DNA from: the human T2T-CHM13v2.0 reference genome, Homo sapiens
Direction: 5' to 3' (one strand)
DNA: 64,000 nucleotides
Assembly: GCF_009914755.1 (NCBI RefSeq)
Contig: NC_060948.1
Shown in pieces: positions 14,249 to 28,488 of this stretch. The notes beneath the pieces were generated by a model. It did not search any database. It was given only the letters and a program-made list of their open reading frames with translations, and was not told the origin of the DNA. Position 1 is the first letter of the stretch; every line of letters starts with the position of its first letter. The position numbers and the translations under genes were made by a program.

Positions 14249-17200
14249 GTCTCGAATGGAATAAAAATGTATGGAATGGAATGCAATGAAACGGAATCGA
14301 ATGTCATAGAATGTAATGGAATGCAAAAAAATGGAATCCAAAATCATTGACTGGAAAGGCTGGGTGTCAAAAGGAATTGACTCCAATGGAATGGAATCGA
14401 ATGGAATGGAAGTGAATAGAATCGAACTAAATCGAATGGAATGGAATTGATAGGAACGGAATGGAAAGGAATGCAATGAATTGGCATGGAATGGAATCGA
14501 ATGGCATCGAATGGAATGGAATGGAATGCAATGGAATGGAATGTATTAGAATGTAATGAACTTTAATGGAATGTACTCGAATGGATTCGACTGGAATGGA
14601 ATGTTCTGGAAGTGAATGGACTCCAATGGAATGGATTCAAAAGGAATGGAATCGTACGGAATGGAATCTAATGGAATGGAATTAAATGGAAATGAATCAA
14701 ATTGAATAGCACGGAATTGAATTGAATGGAATGGAATGCAATGGAATCTAATGAAACGGAAAGGAAAGGAATGGAATGGAATGGAATGGGCTGGAATGGA
14801 AAGGAATCGAAACGAATGGAATGGAATCGAACTGAAGAGACTGGAATGGAATGCACTGGAATGGAAGAGAGTGTAATGGAAGGTTCTCGAAAAAAATGGA
14901 ATCGAATGGAATGGAATTGAATGGAACGGAATAGAGTCGAATGGAATTGAATGGAATGGAATGGACTAGAGTGAAATGGAATCGAACCACAAGGAATGGA
15001 CAGGAATAGAATGGTCTCGAATTGAATGGAATCGTATGGAATGGCATCAAACGGAATGGAATGGACAGCCACGGAATGGAATGCACTCGAATGCAATGGA
15101 GTCGAAACTAATGGACTGGAATAGAATGGACTCGACTGGTACGGACTCCAATGGAATGGAATCGAATGGAAGGGAATCAAACGGAATGGACTCGAAGGGA
15201 AAAGACTGCAATGGAAAGGTCTCGAATGGAATGGAAATTAATGGAATGGAATGGAATCGAATGAAATGGAGTCAAAAGGAATGGAATCGAATGGCAAGAA
15301 ATCGAATGTAATGGAATCGCAAGGAATTGATGTGAACGGAACGGAATGGAATGGAATCCAAAGGAATGGAATAGAATGGAATGGAATCGAATGGAAAGGA
15401 CTCGAATGGAAATCACTCGAATAGAATGCAATTTAATAAAATAGGATCAAATGTAATGGAATGGAATGGAAAGGAATCGAAACGAAAGGAATGGAGACAG
15501 ATGGAATGGAATGGAACAGAGAGCAATGGTATAGAATGGAATGGAATCATCTGGAATGGAATTGAATGGAATGGAATAATATGAAATGGAATGGAATGGA
15601 ATGGAATGGAATGGAATGGAATGGAATGGAATGCCCTTGAATTAAATGGACTGGAATGGAATGGACTCGAACAGAGTGGAATGGAAAGTGTTGAGATAGA
15701 ATGCAATGGACTCCTTCGGAATGGTCTAGTATGCAATGCAATCGACTGGCAGGGAATCAAAAGGAATGTAATCGAATGGATTGGACTGGAATGCAGTGGA
15801 CTCGAATAGATTGGAAACGGAATGCAAAGGAATGGAATGGAATAGTATGGAATGGAATGGAAAGGAATGGAGTGGAATAGACTAGAGTGGAATGGAATGG
15901 ACTGGAAAGCAATGGACTGGAATGGAACTTTCTTGAATGGACTGGAATCAAACGGAATGGAATGCAATGCAATCAAATGGCATGGAATAAAATAGAATGA
16001 AAGAGAATCAAATGGAATTGAATCGAATGGAATCGAATGGATTGGAAAGGAATAGAATGGAATGGAATGGAATTGACTCAAATGGAATGGACTAGAATGG
16101 AATGGATTCGAATGGAAGGCAAAGGAATGGAATCTATTGGAATGGACTGTAATGGAATGGAATGGAAGGGATTGGAATGGACTCGAATGGAATGGACTGC
16201 AATAGAAAGGATTCGAATGGAATGAAAAAGAATTGAACGGAATAGAACAGAATGGAATCAAATCGAATGAAATGGAATGGAATAGAAAGGAATGGAATGA
16301 AATGGAATGGAAAGGATTCGAATGGAATGCAATCGAATGGAATGGAATCGAACGGAATGGAATAAAATGGAAGAAAACTGGCAAGAAATGGAATCGAAAT
16401 GAATGGAGTGTTATGGAACGGACTCAAAAGGAATTGAATGTAATAGAATGGAGTGGAGTGGACTCGAATATAATGGACTGGAATGGAATGAAATCACATG
16501 GAATGGGAACGAATGGAATGGAATGGAAAGGAATGGAATCGAATGGAAAGGAATCGAATGGAAGGGAATGAAATTGAATCAACAGGAATAGAAGGGAATA
16601 GAATAGACGGTAATGGAATGGACTCGAATAGAATGGACACGAATGCTCAAATTGAATGGACTCCAATGGAATGGAAACGAAAGGAATGTCATCGAATAGA
16701 ATTGAATCGATTGGAATGAAATCGCAAGAATGGAGTGGAATCAAATGGAATTGAATCGAAAGGAAAGGAAGCGAATGGACTGAAATGAAATGGAATGGAA
16801 TTGAATGGAAAGTAATGCAATGGAATAGAATGGAACGAAATTTCACGGAATGGAATCAAACTGAAAGGAATCAAATCAATGGAATCTAATCAAATGGAAT
16901 GGAAAGGAATTGAATGGAGTAGATTGGATTGGATGGGATTCTAGTGAAATGTACTGGAAAGGACTCGAATTTCATGAAACGGAATGGAATGAATTGGAAC
17001 GGAATGGACTCGAATGGAATGGAATGTCATGGAATGGCATCAAATGGAATGGCATCAAATGGAATGGAATCGAATGCAATGGAATGCTATGGAATGGAAT
17101 GGAATGCATTGGAATGGAATGTCCTCTAATGGAATGGATTCGAGTGGAATGGAATCAAATATAATGGAGTCGAATGAAATGGAATTGAAAGGAATGGGAT

Positions 17201-17821
17201 CGAATGCAATGGAATATACTGGAATGTAATGTAATGAACTCGAATGTAATTGACTGGAATGGAATGTACATGAATGGAATGTAATCGAATGGAAAGTAAT
17301 CCAATGGAATAGAATCTAATGCAATAAAATCGACTCAGATAGAGTAGAATGTAATGGAATGGAGTGCAGTACAATGGAATGGAATGGAATGCAATGGAAT
17401 GGAATGGAATGGAATGGAATGGAATGGAATGGGATGGAATGGGATGGAATGGATAGTAATGGACTGGAGTGAAATGGACTGGAAAGGAATGGACTCAAAT
17501 TGAAAGGGCTCGAAAGGAATGGAGTCAAATGGAATGGTCTGGAATGGAATGAACACGAATGTAATGCAATCCAATAGAATGGAATCGAATGGCATGGAAT
17601 ATAAAGAAATGGAATCGAAGAGAATGGAAACAAATGGAATGGAATTGAATGGAATGGAATTGAATGGAATGGGAACGAATGGAGTGAAATTGTATGCAGT
17701 AGAAGGGAATAGAATGGAATGCAAGCGAAAGGAAAGGAATGGATTGGAATGGAATGGAATTCATTGGAATGGAAGGGAATGTAGTGAAATGGACAGGCCT
17801 GGAATAAAGTGGAATGCTACG
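14249..17821 (+). repeat. Unit U5 (3,573 bp)
   Basis: Anchor to anchor. Same 1-bp deletion near 16726. Confidence 0.93.
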
Positions 17822-20800
17822 GTCTCGAATGGAATAAAAATGTATGGAATGGAATGCAATGAAACGGAATCGAATGTCATAGAATGTAATGGAATGCAAC
17901 AAAATGGAATCCAAAATCATTGACTGGAAAGGCTGGGTGTCGAAAGGAATTGACTCCAATGGAATGGAATCGAATGGAATGGAAGTGAATAGAATCGAAC
18001 TAAATCGAATGGAATGGAATTGATAGGAACGGAATGGAAAGGAATGCAATGATTTGGCATGGAATGGAATCGAATGGCATCGAATGGAATGGAATGGAAT
18101 GCAATGGAATGGAATGTATTAGAATGTAATGAACTTTAATGGAATGTACTCGAATGGATTCGACTGGAATGGAATGTTCTGGAAGTGAATGGACTCCAAT
18201 GGAATGGATTCCAAAGGAATGGAATCGTACGGAATGGAATCTAATGGAATGGAATTAAATGGAAATGAATCAAATTGAATAGCACGGAATTGAATTGAAT
18301 GGAATGGAATGCAATGGAATCTAATGAAACGGAAAGGAAAGGAATGGAATGGAATGGAATGGACTGGAATGGAAAGGAATCGAAACGAATGGAATGGAAT
18401 CGAACTGAAGAGACTGGAATGGAATGCACTGGAATGGAAGGGAGTGTAATGGAAGGTTCTCGAAAAAAATGGAATCGAATGGAATGGAATTGAATGGAAC
18501 GGAATAGAGTCGAATGGAATTGAATGGAATGGAATGGACTAGAGTGAAATGGAATCGAACCACAAGGAATGGACAGGAATAGAATGGTCTCGAATTGAAT
18601 GGAATCGTATGGAATGGCATCAAACGGAATGGAATGGACAGCCACGGAATGGAATGCACTCGAATGCAATGGAGTCGAAACTAATGGACTGGAATAGAAT
18701 GGACTCGAATGGTACGGACTCCAATGGAATGGAATCGAATGGAAGGGAATCGAACGGAATGGACTCGAAGGGAAAAGACTGCAATGGAAAGGTCTCCAAT
18801 GGAATGGAAATTAATGGAATGGAATGGAATCGAATGAAAAGGAGTCAAAAGGAATGGAATCGAATGGCAAGAAATCGAATGTAATGGAATCGCAAGGAAT
18901 TGATGTGAACGGAACGGAATGGAATGGAATCCAAAGGAATGGAATAGAATGGAATGGAATCGAATGGAAAGGACTCGAATGGAAATCACTCGAATAGAAT
19001 GCAATTTAATAAAATAGGATCAAATGTAATGGAATGGAATGGAAAGGAATCGAAACGAAAGGAATGGAGACAGATGGAATGGAATGGAACAGAGAGCAAT
19101 GGTATAGAATGGAATGGAATCATCTGGAATGGAATTGAATGGAATGGAATAATATGAAATGGAATGGAATGGAATGGAATGGAATGCCCTTGAATTAAAT
19201 GGACTGGAATGGAATGGACTCGAACAGAGTGGAATGGAAAGTGTTGAGATAGAATGGAATGGACTCCTTTGGAATGGTGTAGTATGCAATGCAATCGACT
19301 GGCAGGGAATCAAAAGGAATGTAATGGAATGGATTGGACTGGAATGCAATGGACTCGAATAGATTGGAAACGGAATGCAAAGGAATGGAATGGAATAGTA
19401 TGGAATGGAATGGAAAGGAATGGAGTGGAATAGACTAGAGTGGAATGGAATGGACTGGAAAGCCATGGACTGGAATGGAACTTTCTTGAATGGACTGGAA
19501 TCAAACGGAATGGAATGCAATGCAATCAAATGGCATGGAATAAAATAGAATGAAAGAGAATCAAATGGAATTGAATCGAATGGAATCGAATGGATTGGAA
19601 AGGAATAGAATGGAATGGAATGGAATGGACTAGAATGGAATGGATTCGAATGGAAGGCAAAGGAATGGAATCTATTGGAATGGACTGTAATGGAATGGAA
19701 TGGAAGGGATTGGAATGGACTCGAATGGAATGGACTGCAATAGAAAGGATTCGAATGGAATGAAAAAGAATTGAATGGAATAGAACAGAATGGAATCAAA
19801 TCGAATGAAATGGAATGGAATAGAAAGGAATGGAATGAAATGGAATGGAAAGGATTCGAATGGAATGCAATCGAATGGAATGGAATCGAACGGAATGGAA
19901 TAAAATGGAAGAAAACTGGCAAGAAATGGAATCGAAATGAATGGAGTGTTATGGAACGGACTCAAAAGGAATTGAATGTAATAGAATGGAGTGTAGTGGA
20001 TTCGAATATAATGGACTGGAATGGAATGAAATCACATGGAATGGGAACGAATGGAATGGAATGGAAAGGAATGGAATCGAATGGAAAGGAATCGAATGGA
20101 AGGGAATGAAATTGAATCAACAGGAATGGAAGGGAATAGAATAGACGGTAATGGAATGGACTCGAATAGAATGGACACGAATGCTCAAATTGAATGGACT
20201 CGAGTGGAATGGAAACGAAAGGAATGTCATCGAATGGAATTGAATCGATTGGAATGAAATCGCATAGAATGGAGTGGAATCAAATGGAATTGAATCGAAA
20301 GGAAAGGAAGCGAATGGACTGAAATGAAATGGAATGGAATTGAATGGAAAGTAATGCAATGGAATAGAATGGAACGAAATTTCACGGAATGGAATCAAAC
20401 TGAATGGAATCAAATCAATGGAATCAAATCAAATGGAATGGAAAGGAATTGAATGGAGTAGATTGGATTGGATGGGATTGGAATGAAATGTACTGGAAAG
20501 GACTCGAATTTCATGAAACGGAATGGAATGAATTGGAACGGAATGGACTCGAATGGAATGGAATGTCATGGAATGGCATCAAATGGAATGGCATCAAATG
20601 GAATGGAATCGAATGCAATGGAATGCTATGGAATGGAATGGAATGCATTGGAATGGAATGTCCTCTAATGGAATGGATTCGAGTGGAATGGAATCGAATA
20701 TAATGGAGTCGAATGAAATGGAATTGAAAGCAGTGGGATCGAATACAATGGAATATACTGGAATGTAATGTAATGAACTCGAATGTAATTGACTGGAATG

Positions 20801-21375
20801 GAATGTACATGAATGGAATGTAATCGAATGGAAAGTAATCCAATGGAATAGAATCTAATGCAATAAAACCGACTCAGATAGAGTAGAATGTAATGGAATG
20901 GAGTGCAGTGCAATGGAATGGAATGGAATGGAATGCAATGGAATGGAATGGAATGGAATGGAATGGAATGGAATGGAATGGAATGGGATGGAATGGGATG
21001 GAATGGATAGTAATGGACTGGAGTGAAATGGACTGGAAAGGAATGGACTCAAATTGAAAGGGCTCGAAAGGAATGGAGTCAAATGGAATGGTCTGGAATG
21101 GAATGAACACGAATGTAATGCAATCCAATAGAATGGAATCGAATGGCATGGAATATAAAGAAATGGAATCGAAGAGAATGGAAACAAATGGAATGGAATT
21201 GAATGGAATGGAATTGAATGGAATGGGAACGAATGGAGTGAAATTGTATGCAGTAGAAGGGAATAGAATGGAATGCAAGCGAAAGGAAAGGAATGGATTG
21301 GAATGGAATGGAATTCATTGGAATGGAAGGGAATGTAGTGTAATGGACAGGCCTGGAATAAAGTGGAATGCTACG
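17822..21375 (+). repeat. Unit U6 (3,554 bp)
   Basis: Anchor to anchor. 15-bp deletion near 19620. Confidence 0.93.
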
Positions 21376-24300
21376 GTCTCGAATGGAATAAAAATGTATG
21401 GAATGGAATGCAAAGAAACGGAGTCGAATGTCATAGAATGTAATGGAATGCAAAAAAATGGAATCCAAAATCATTGACTGGAAAGGCTGGGTGTCGAAAG
21501 GAATTGACTCCAATGGAATGGAATCGAATGGAATGGAAGTGAATAGAATCGAACTAAATCGAATGGAATGGAATTGATAGGAACGGAATGGAAAGGAATG
21601 CAATGATTTGGCATGGAATGGAATCGAATGGCATCGAATGGAATGGAATGGAATGCAATGGAATGGAATGTATTAGAATGTAATGAACTTTAATGGAATG
21701 TACTCGAATGGATTCGACTGGAATGGAATGTTCTGGAAGTGAATGGACTCCAATGGAATGGATTCAAAAGGAATGGAATCGTACGGAATGGAATCTAATG
21801 GAATGGAATTAAATGGAAATGAATCAAATTGAATAGCACGGAATTGAATTGAATGGAATGGAATGCAATGGAATCTAATGAAACGGAAAGGAAAGGAATG
21901 GAATGGAATGGAATGGGCTGGAATGGAAAGGAATCGAAACGAATGGAATGGAATCGAACTGAAGAGACTGGAATGGAATGCACTGGAATGGAAGGGAGTG
22001 TAATGGAAGGTTCTCGAAAAAAATGGAATGGAATGGAATGGAATTGAATGGAACGGAATAGAGTCGAATGGAATTGAATGGAATGGAATGGACTAGAGTG
22101 AAATGGAATCGAACCGCAAGGAATGGACAGGAATAGAATGGTCTCGAATTGAATGGAATCGTATGGAATGGCATCAAACGGAATGGAATGGACAGCCACG
22201 GAATGGAATGCACTCGAATGCAATGGAGTCGAAACTAATGGACTGGAATAGAATGGACTCGACTGGTACGGACTCCAATGGAATGGAATCGAATGGAAGG
22301 GAATCGAACGGAATGGACTCGAAGGGAAAAGACTGCAATGGAAAGGTCTCGAATGGAATGGAAATTAATGGAATGGAATGGAATCGAATGAAATGGAGTC
22401 AAAAGGAATGGAATCGAATGGCAAGAAATCGAATGTAATGGAATCGCAAGGAATTGATGTGAACGGAACGGAATGGAATGGAATCCAAAGGAATGGAATA
22501 GAATGGAATGGAATCGAATGGAAAGGACTCGAATGGAAATCACTCGAATAGAATGCAATTTAATAAAATAGGATCAAATGTAATGGAATGGAATGGAAAG
22601 GAATCGAAACGAAAGGAATGGAGACAGATGGAATGGAATGGAACAGAGAGCAATGGTATAGAATGGAATGGAATCATCTGGAATGGAATTGAATGGAATG
22701 GAATAATATGAAATGGAATGGAATGGAATGGAATGGAATGTCCTTGAATTAAATGGACTGGAATGGAATGGACTCGAACAGAGTGGAATGGAAAGTGTTG
22801 AGATAGAATGCAATGGACTCCTTTGGAATGGTGTAGTATGCAATGCAATCGACTGGCAGGGAATCAAAAGGAATGTAATGGAATGGATTGGACTGGAATG
22901 CAATGGACTCGAATAGATTGGAAACGGAATGCAAAGGAATGGAATGGAATAGTATGGAATGGAATGGAAAGGAATGGAGTGGAATAGACTAGAGTGGAAT
23001 GGAATGGACTGGAAAGCAATGGACTGGAATGGAACTTTCTTGAATGGACTGGAATCAAACGGAATGGAATGCAATGCAATCAAATGGCATGGAATAAAAT
23101 AGAATGAAAGAGAATCAAATGGAATTGAATCGAATGGAATCGAATGGATTGGAAAGGAATAGAATGGAATGGAATGGAATTGACTCAAATGGAATGGACT
23201 AGAATGGAATGGATTCGAATGGAAGGCAAAGGAATGGAATCTATTGGAATGGACTGTAATGGAATGGAATGGAAGGGATTGGAATGGACTCGAATGGAAT
23301 GGACTGCAATAGAAAGGATTCGAATGGAATGAAAAAGAATTGAATGGAATAGAACAGAATGGAATCAAATCGAATGAAATGGAATGGAATAGAAAGGAAT
23401 GGAATGAAATGGAATGGAAAGGATTCGAATGGAATGCAATCGAATGGAATGGAATCGAACGGAATGGAATAAAATGGAAGAAAACTGGCAAGAAATGGAA
23501 TCGAAATGAATGGAGTGTTATGGAACGGACTCAAAAGGAATTGAATGTAATAGAATGGAGTGGAGTGGACTCGAATATAATGGACTGGAATGGAATGAAA
23601 TCACATGGAATGGGAACGAATGGAATGGAATGGAAAGGAATGGAATCGAATGGAAAGGAATCGAATGGAAGGGAATGAAATTGAATCAACAGGAATGGAA
23701 GGGAATAGAATAGACGGTAATGGAATGGACTCGAATAGAATGGACACGAATGCTGAAATTGAATGGACTCGAATGGAATGGAAACGAAAGGAATGTCATC
23801 GAATGGAATTGAATCGATTGGAATGAAATCGCATAGAATGGAGTGGAATCAAATGGAATTGAATCGAAAGGAAAGGAAGCGAATGGACTGAAATGAAATG
23901 GAATGGAATTGAATGGAAAGTAATGCAATGGAATAGAATGGAACGAAATTTCACGGAATGGAATCAAACTGAATGGAATCAAATCAATGGAATCAAATCA
24001 AATGGAATGGAAAGGAATTGAATGGAGTAGATTGGATTGGATGGGATTGGAATGAAATGTACTGGAAAGGACTCGAATTTCATGAAACGGAATGGAATGA
24101 ATTGGAACGGAATGGACTCGAATGGAATGGAATGTCATGGAATGGCATCAAATGGAATGGCATCAAATGGAATGGAATCGAATGCAATGGAATGCTATGG
24201 AATGGAATGGAATGCATTGGAATGGAATGTCCTCTAATGGAATGGATTCGAGTGGAATGGAATCGAATATAATGGAGTCGAATGAAATGGAATTGAAAGC

Positions 24301-24949
24301 AGTGGGATCGAATACAATGGAATATACTGGAATGTAATGTAATGAACTCGAATGTAATTGACTGGAATGGAATGTACATGAATGGAATGTAATCGAATGG
24401 AAAGTAATCCAATGGAATAGAATCTAATGCAATAAAACCGACTCAGATAGAGTAGAATGTAATGGAATGGAGTGCAGTGCAATGGAATGGAATGGAATGG
24501 AATGCAATGGAATGGAATGGAATGGAATGGAATGGAATGGAATGGAATGGAATGGAATGGGATGGAATGGGATGGAATGGATAGTAATGGACTGGAGTGA
24601 AATGGACTGGAAAGGAATGGACTCAAATTGAAAGGGCTCGAAAGGAATGGAGTCAAATGGAATGGTCTGGAATGGAATGAACACGAATGTAATGCAATCC
24701 AATAGAATGGAATCGAATGGCATGGAATATAAAGAAATGGAATCGAAGAGAATGGAAACAAATGGAATGGAATTGAATGGAATGGAATTGAATGGAATGG
24801 GAACGAATGGAGTGAAATTGTATGCAGTAGAAGGGAATAGAATGGAATGCAAGCGAAAGGAAAGGAATGGATTGGAATGGAATGGAATTCATTGGAATGG
24901 AAGGGAATGTAGTGTAATGGACAGGCCTGGAATAAAGTGGAATGCTACG
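21376..24949 (+). repeat. Unit U7 (3,574 bp)
   Basis: Anchor to anchor. Confidence 0.93.
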
Positions 24950-27900
24950 GTCTCGAATGGAATAAAAATGTATGGAATGGAATGCAAAGAAACGGAGTCG
25001 AATGTCATAGAATGTAATGGAATGCAAAAAAATGGAATCCAAAATCATTGACTGGAAAGGCTGGGTGTCGAAAGGAATTGACTCCAATGGAATGGAATCG
25101 AATGGAATGGAAGTGAATAGAATCGAACTAAATCGAATGGAATGGAATTGATAGGAACGGAATGGAAAGGAATGCAATGATTTGGCATGGAATGGAATCG
25201 AATGGCATCGAATGGAATGGAATGGAATGCAATGGAATGGAATGTATTAGAATGTAATGAACTTTAATGGAATGTACTCGAATGGATTCGACTGGAATGG
25301 AATGTTCTGGAAGTGAATGGACTCCAATGGAATGGATTCCAAAGGAATGGAATCGTACGGAATGGAATCTAATGGAATGGAATTAAATGGAAATGAATCA
25401 AATTGAATAGCACGGAATTGAATTGAATGGAATGGAATGCAATGGAATCTAATGAAACGGAAAGGAAAGGAATGGAATGGAATGGAATGGGCTGGAATGG
25501 AAAGGAATCGAAACGAATGGAATGGAATCGAACTGAAGAGACTGGAATGGAATGCACTGGAATGGAAGGGAGTGTAATGGAAGGTTCTCGAAAAAAATGG
25601 AATCGAATGGAATGGAATTGAATGGAACGGAATAGAGTCGAATGGAATTGAATGGAATGGAATGGACTAGAGTGAAATGGAATCGAACCACAAGGAATGG
25701 ACAGGAATAGAATGGTCTCGAATTGAATGGAATCGTATGGAATGGCATCAAACGGAATGGAATGGACAGCCACGGAATGGAATGCACTCGAATGCAATGG
25801 AGTCGAAACTAATGGACTGGAATAGAATGGACTCGACTGGTACGGACTCCAATGGAATGGAATCGAATGGAAGGGAATCGAACGGAATGGACTCGAAGGG
25901 AAAAGACTGCAATGGAAAGGTCTCGAATGGAATGGAAATTAATGGAATGGAATGGAATCGAATGAAATGGAGTCAAAAGGAATGGAATCGAATGGCAAGA
26001 AATCGAATGTAATGGAATCGCAAGGAATTGATGTGAACGGAACGGAATGGAATGGAATCCAAAGGAATGGAATAGAATGGAATGGAATCGAATGGAAAGG
26101 ACTCGAATGGAAATCACTCGAATAGAATGCAATTTAATAAAATAGGATCAAATGTAATGGAATGGAATGGAAAGGAATCGAAACGAAAGGAATGGAGACA
26201 GATGGAATGGAATGGAACAGAGAGCAATGGTATAGAATGGAATGGAATCATCTGGAATGGAATTGAATGGAATGGAATAATATGAAATGGAATGGAATGG
26301 AATGGAATGGAATGCCCTTGAATTAAATGGACTGGAATGGAATGGACTCGAACAGAGTGGAATGGAAAGTGTTGAGATAGAATGGAATGGACTCCTTTGG
26401 AATGGTGTAGTATGCAATGCAATCGACTGGCAGGGAATCAAAAGGAATGTAATGGAATGGATTGGACTGGAATGCAATGGACTCGAATAGATTGGAAACG
26501 GAATGCAAAGGAATGGAATGGAATAGTATGGAATGGAATGGAAAGGAATGGAGTGGAATAGACTAGAGTGGAATGGAATGGACTGGAAAGCAATGGACTG
26601 GAATGGAACTTTCTTGAATGGACTGGAATCAAACGGAATGGAATGCAATGCAATCAAATGGCATGGAATAAAATAGAATGAAAGAGAATCAAATGGAATT
26701 GAATCGAATGGAATCGAATGGATTGGAAAGGAATAGAATGGAATGGAATGGAATGGACTAGAATGGAATGGATTCGAATGGAAGGCAAAGGAATGGAATC
26801 TATTGGAATGGACTGTAATGGAATGGAATGGAAGGGATTGGAATGGATTCGAATGGAATGGACTGCAATAGAAAGGATTCGAATGGAATGAAAAAGAATT
26901 GAATGGAATAGAACAGAATGGAATCAAATCGAATGAAATGGAATGGAATAGAAAGGAATGGAATGAAATGGAATGGAAAGGATTCGAATGGAATGCAATC
27001 GAATGGAATGGAATCGAACGGAATGGAATAAAATGGAAGAAAACTGGCAAGAAATGGAATCGAAATGAATGGAGTGTTATGGAACGGACTCAAAAGGAAT
27101 TGAATGTAATAGAATGGAGTGGAGTGGACTCGAATATAATGGACTGGAATGGAATGAAATCACATGGAATGGGAACGAATGGAATGGAATGGAAAGGAAT
27201 GGAATCGAATGGAAAGGAAACGAACGGAAGGGAATGAAATTGAATCAACAGGAATGGAAGGGAATAGAATAGACGGTAATGGAATGGACTCGAATAGAAT
27301 GGACACGAATGCTGAAATCGAATGGACTCGAATGGAATGGAAACGAAAGGAATGTCATCGAATGGAATTGAATCGATTGGAATGAAATCGCATAGAATGG
27401 AGTGGAATCAAATGGAATTGAATCGAAAGGAAAGGAAGCGAATGGACTGAAATGAAATGGAATGGAATTGAATGGAAAGTAATGCAATGGAATAGAATGG
27501 AACAAAATTTCACGGAATGGAATCAAACTGAATGGAATCAAATCAATGGAATCAAATCAAATGGAATGGAAAGGAATTGAATGGAGTAGATTGGATTGGA
27601 TGGGATTGGAATGAAATGTACTGGAAAGGACTCGAATTTCATGAAACGGAATGGAATGAATTGGAACGGAATGGACTCGAATGGAATGGAATGTCATGGA
27701 ATGGCATCAAATGGAATGGTATCAAATGGAATGGAATCGAATGCAATGGAATGCTATGGAATGGAATGGAATGCATTGGAATGGAATGTCCTCTAATGGA
27801 ATGGATTCGAGTGGAATGGAATCGAATATAATGGAGTCGAATGAAATGGAATTGAAAGGAATGGGATCGAATACAATGGAATATACTGGAATGTAATGTA

Positions 27901-28488
27901 ATGAACTCGAATGTAATTGACTGGAATGGAATGTACATGAATGGAATGTAATCGAATGGAAAGTAATCCAATGGAATAGAATCTAATGCAATAAAATCGA
28001 CTCAGATAGAGTAGAATGTAATGGAATGGAGTGTAGTGCAATGGAATGGAATGGAATGGAATGCAATTGAATGGAATGGAATGGAATGGAATGGAATGGG
28101 ATGGAATGGTATGGAATGGATAGTAATGGACTGGAGTGAAATGGACTGGAAAGGAATGGACTCAAATTGAAAGGGCTCGAAAGGAATGGAGTCAAATGGA
28201 ATGGTCTGGAATGGAATGAACACGAATGTAATGCAATCCGATGGAATGGAATCGAATGGCATGGAATATAAAGAAATGGAATCGAAGAGAATGGAAACAA
28301 ATGGAATGGAATTGAATGGAATGGAATTGAATGGAATGCGAACGAATGGAGTGAAATTGTATGCAGTAGAAGGGAATAGAATGGAATGCAAGCGAAAGGA
28401 AAGGAATGGATTGGAATGGAATGGAATTCATTGGAATGGAAGGGAATGTAGTGTAATGGACAGGCCTGGAATAAAGTGGAATGCTACG
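24950..28488 (+). repeat. Unit U8 (3,539 bp)
   Basis: Anchor to anchor. 15-bp deletion near 26750. Confidence 0.93.
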
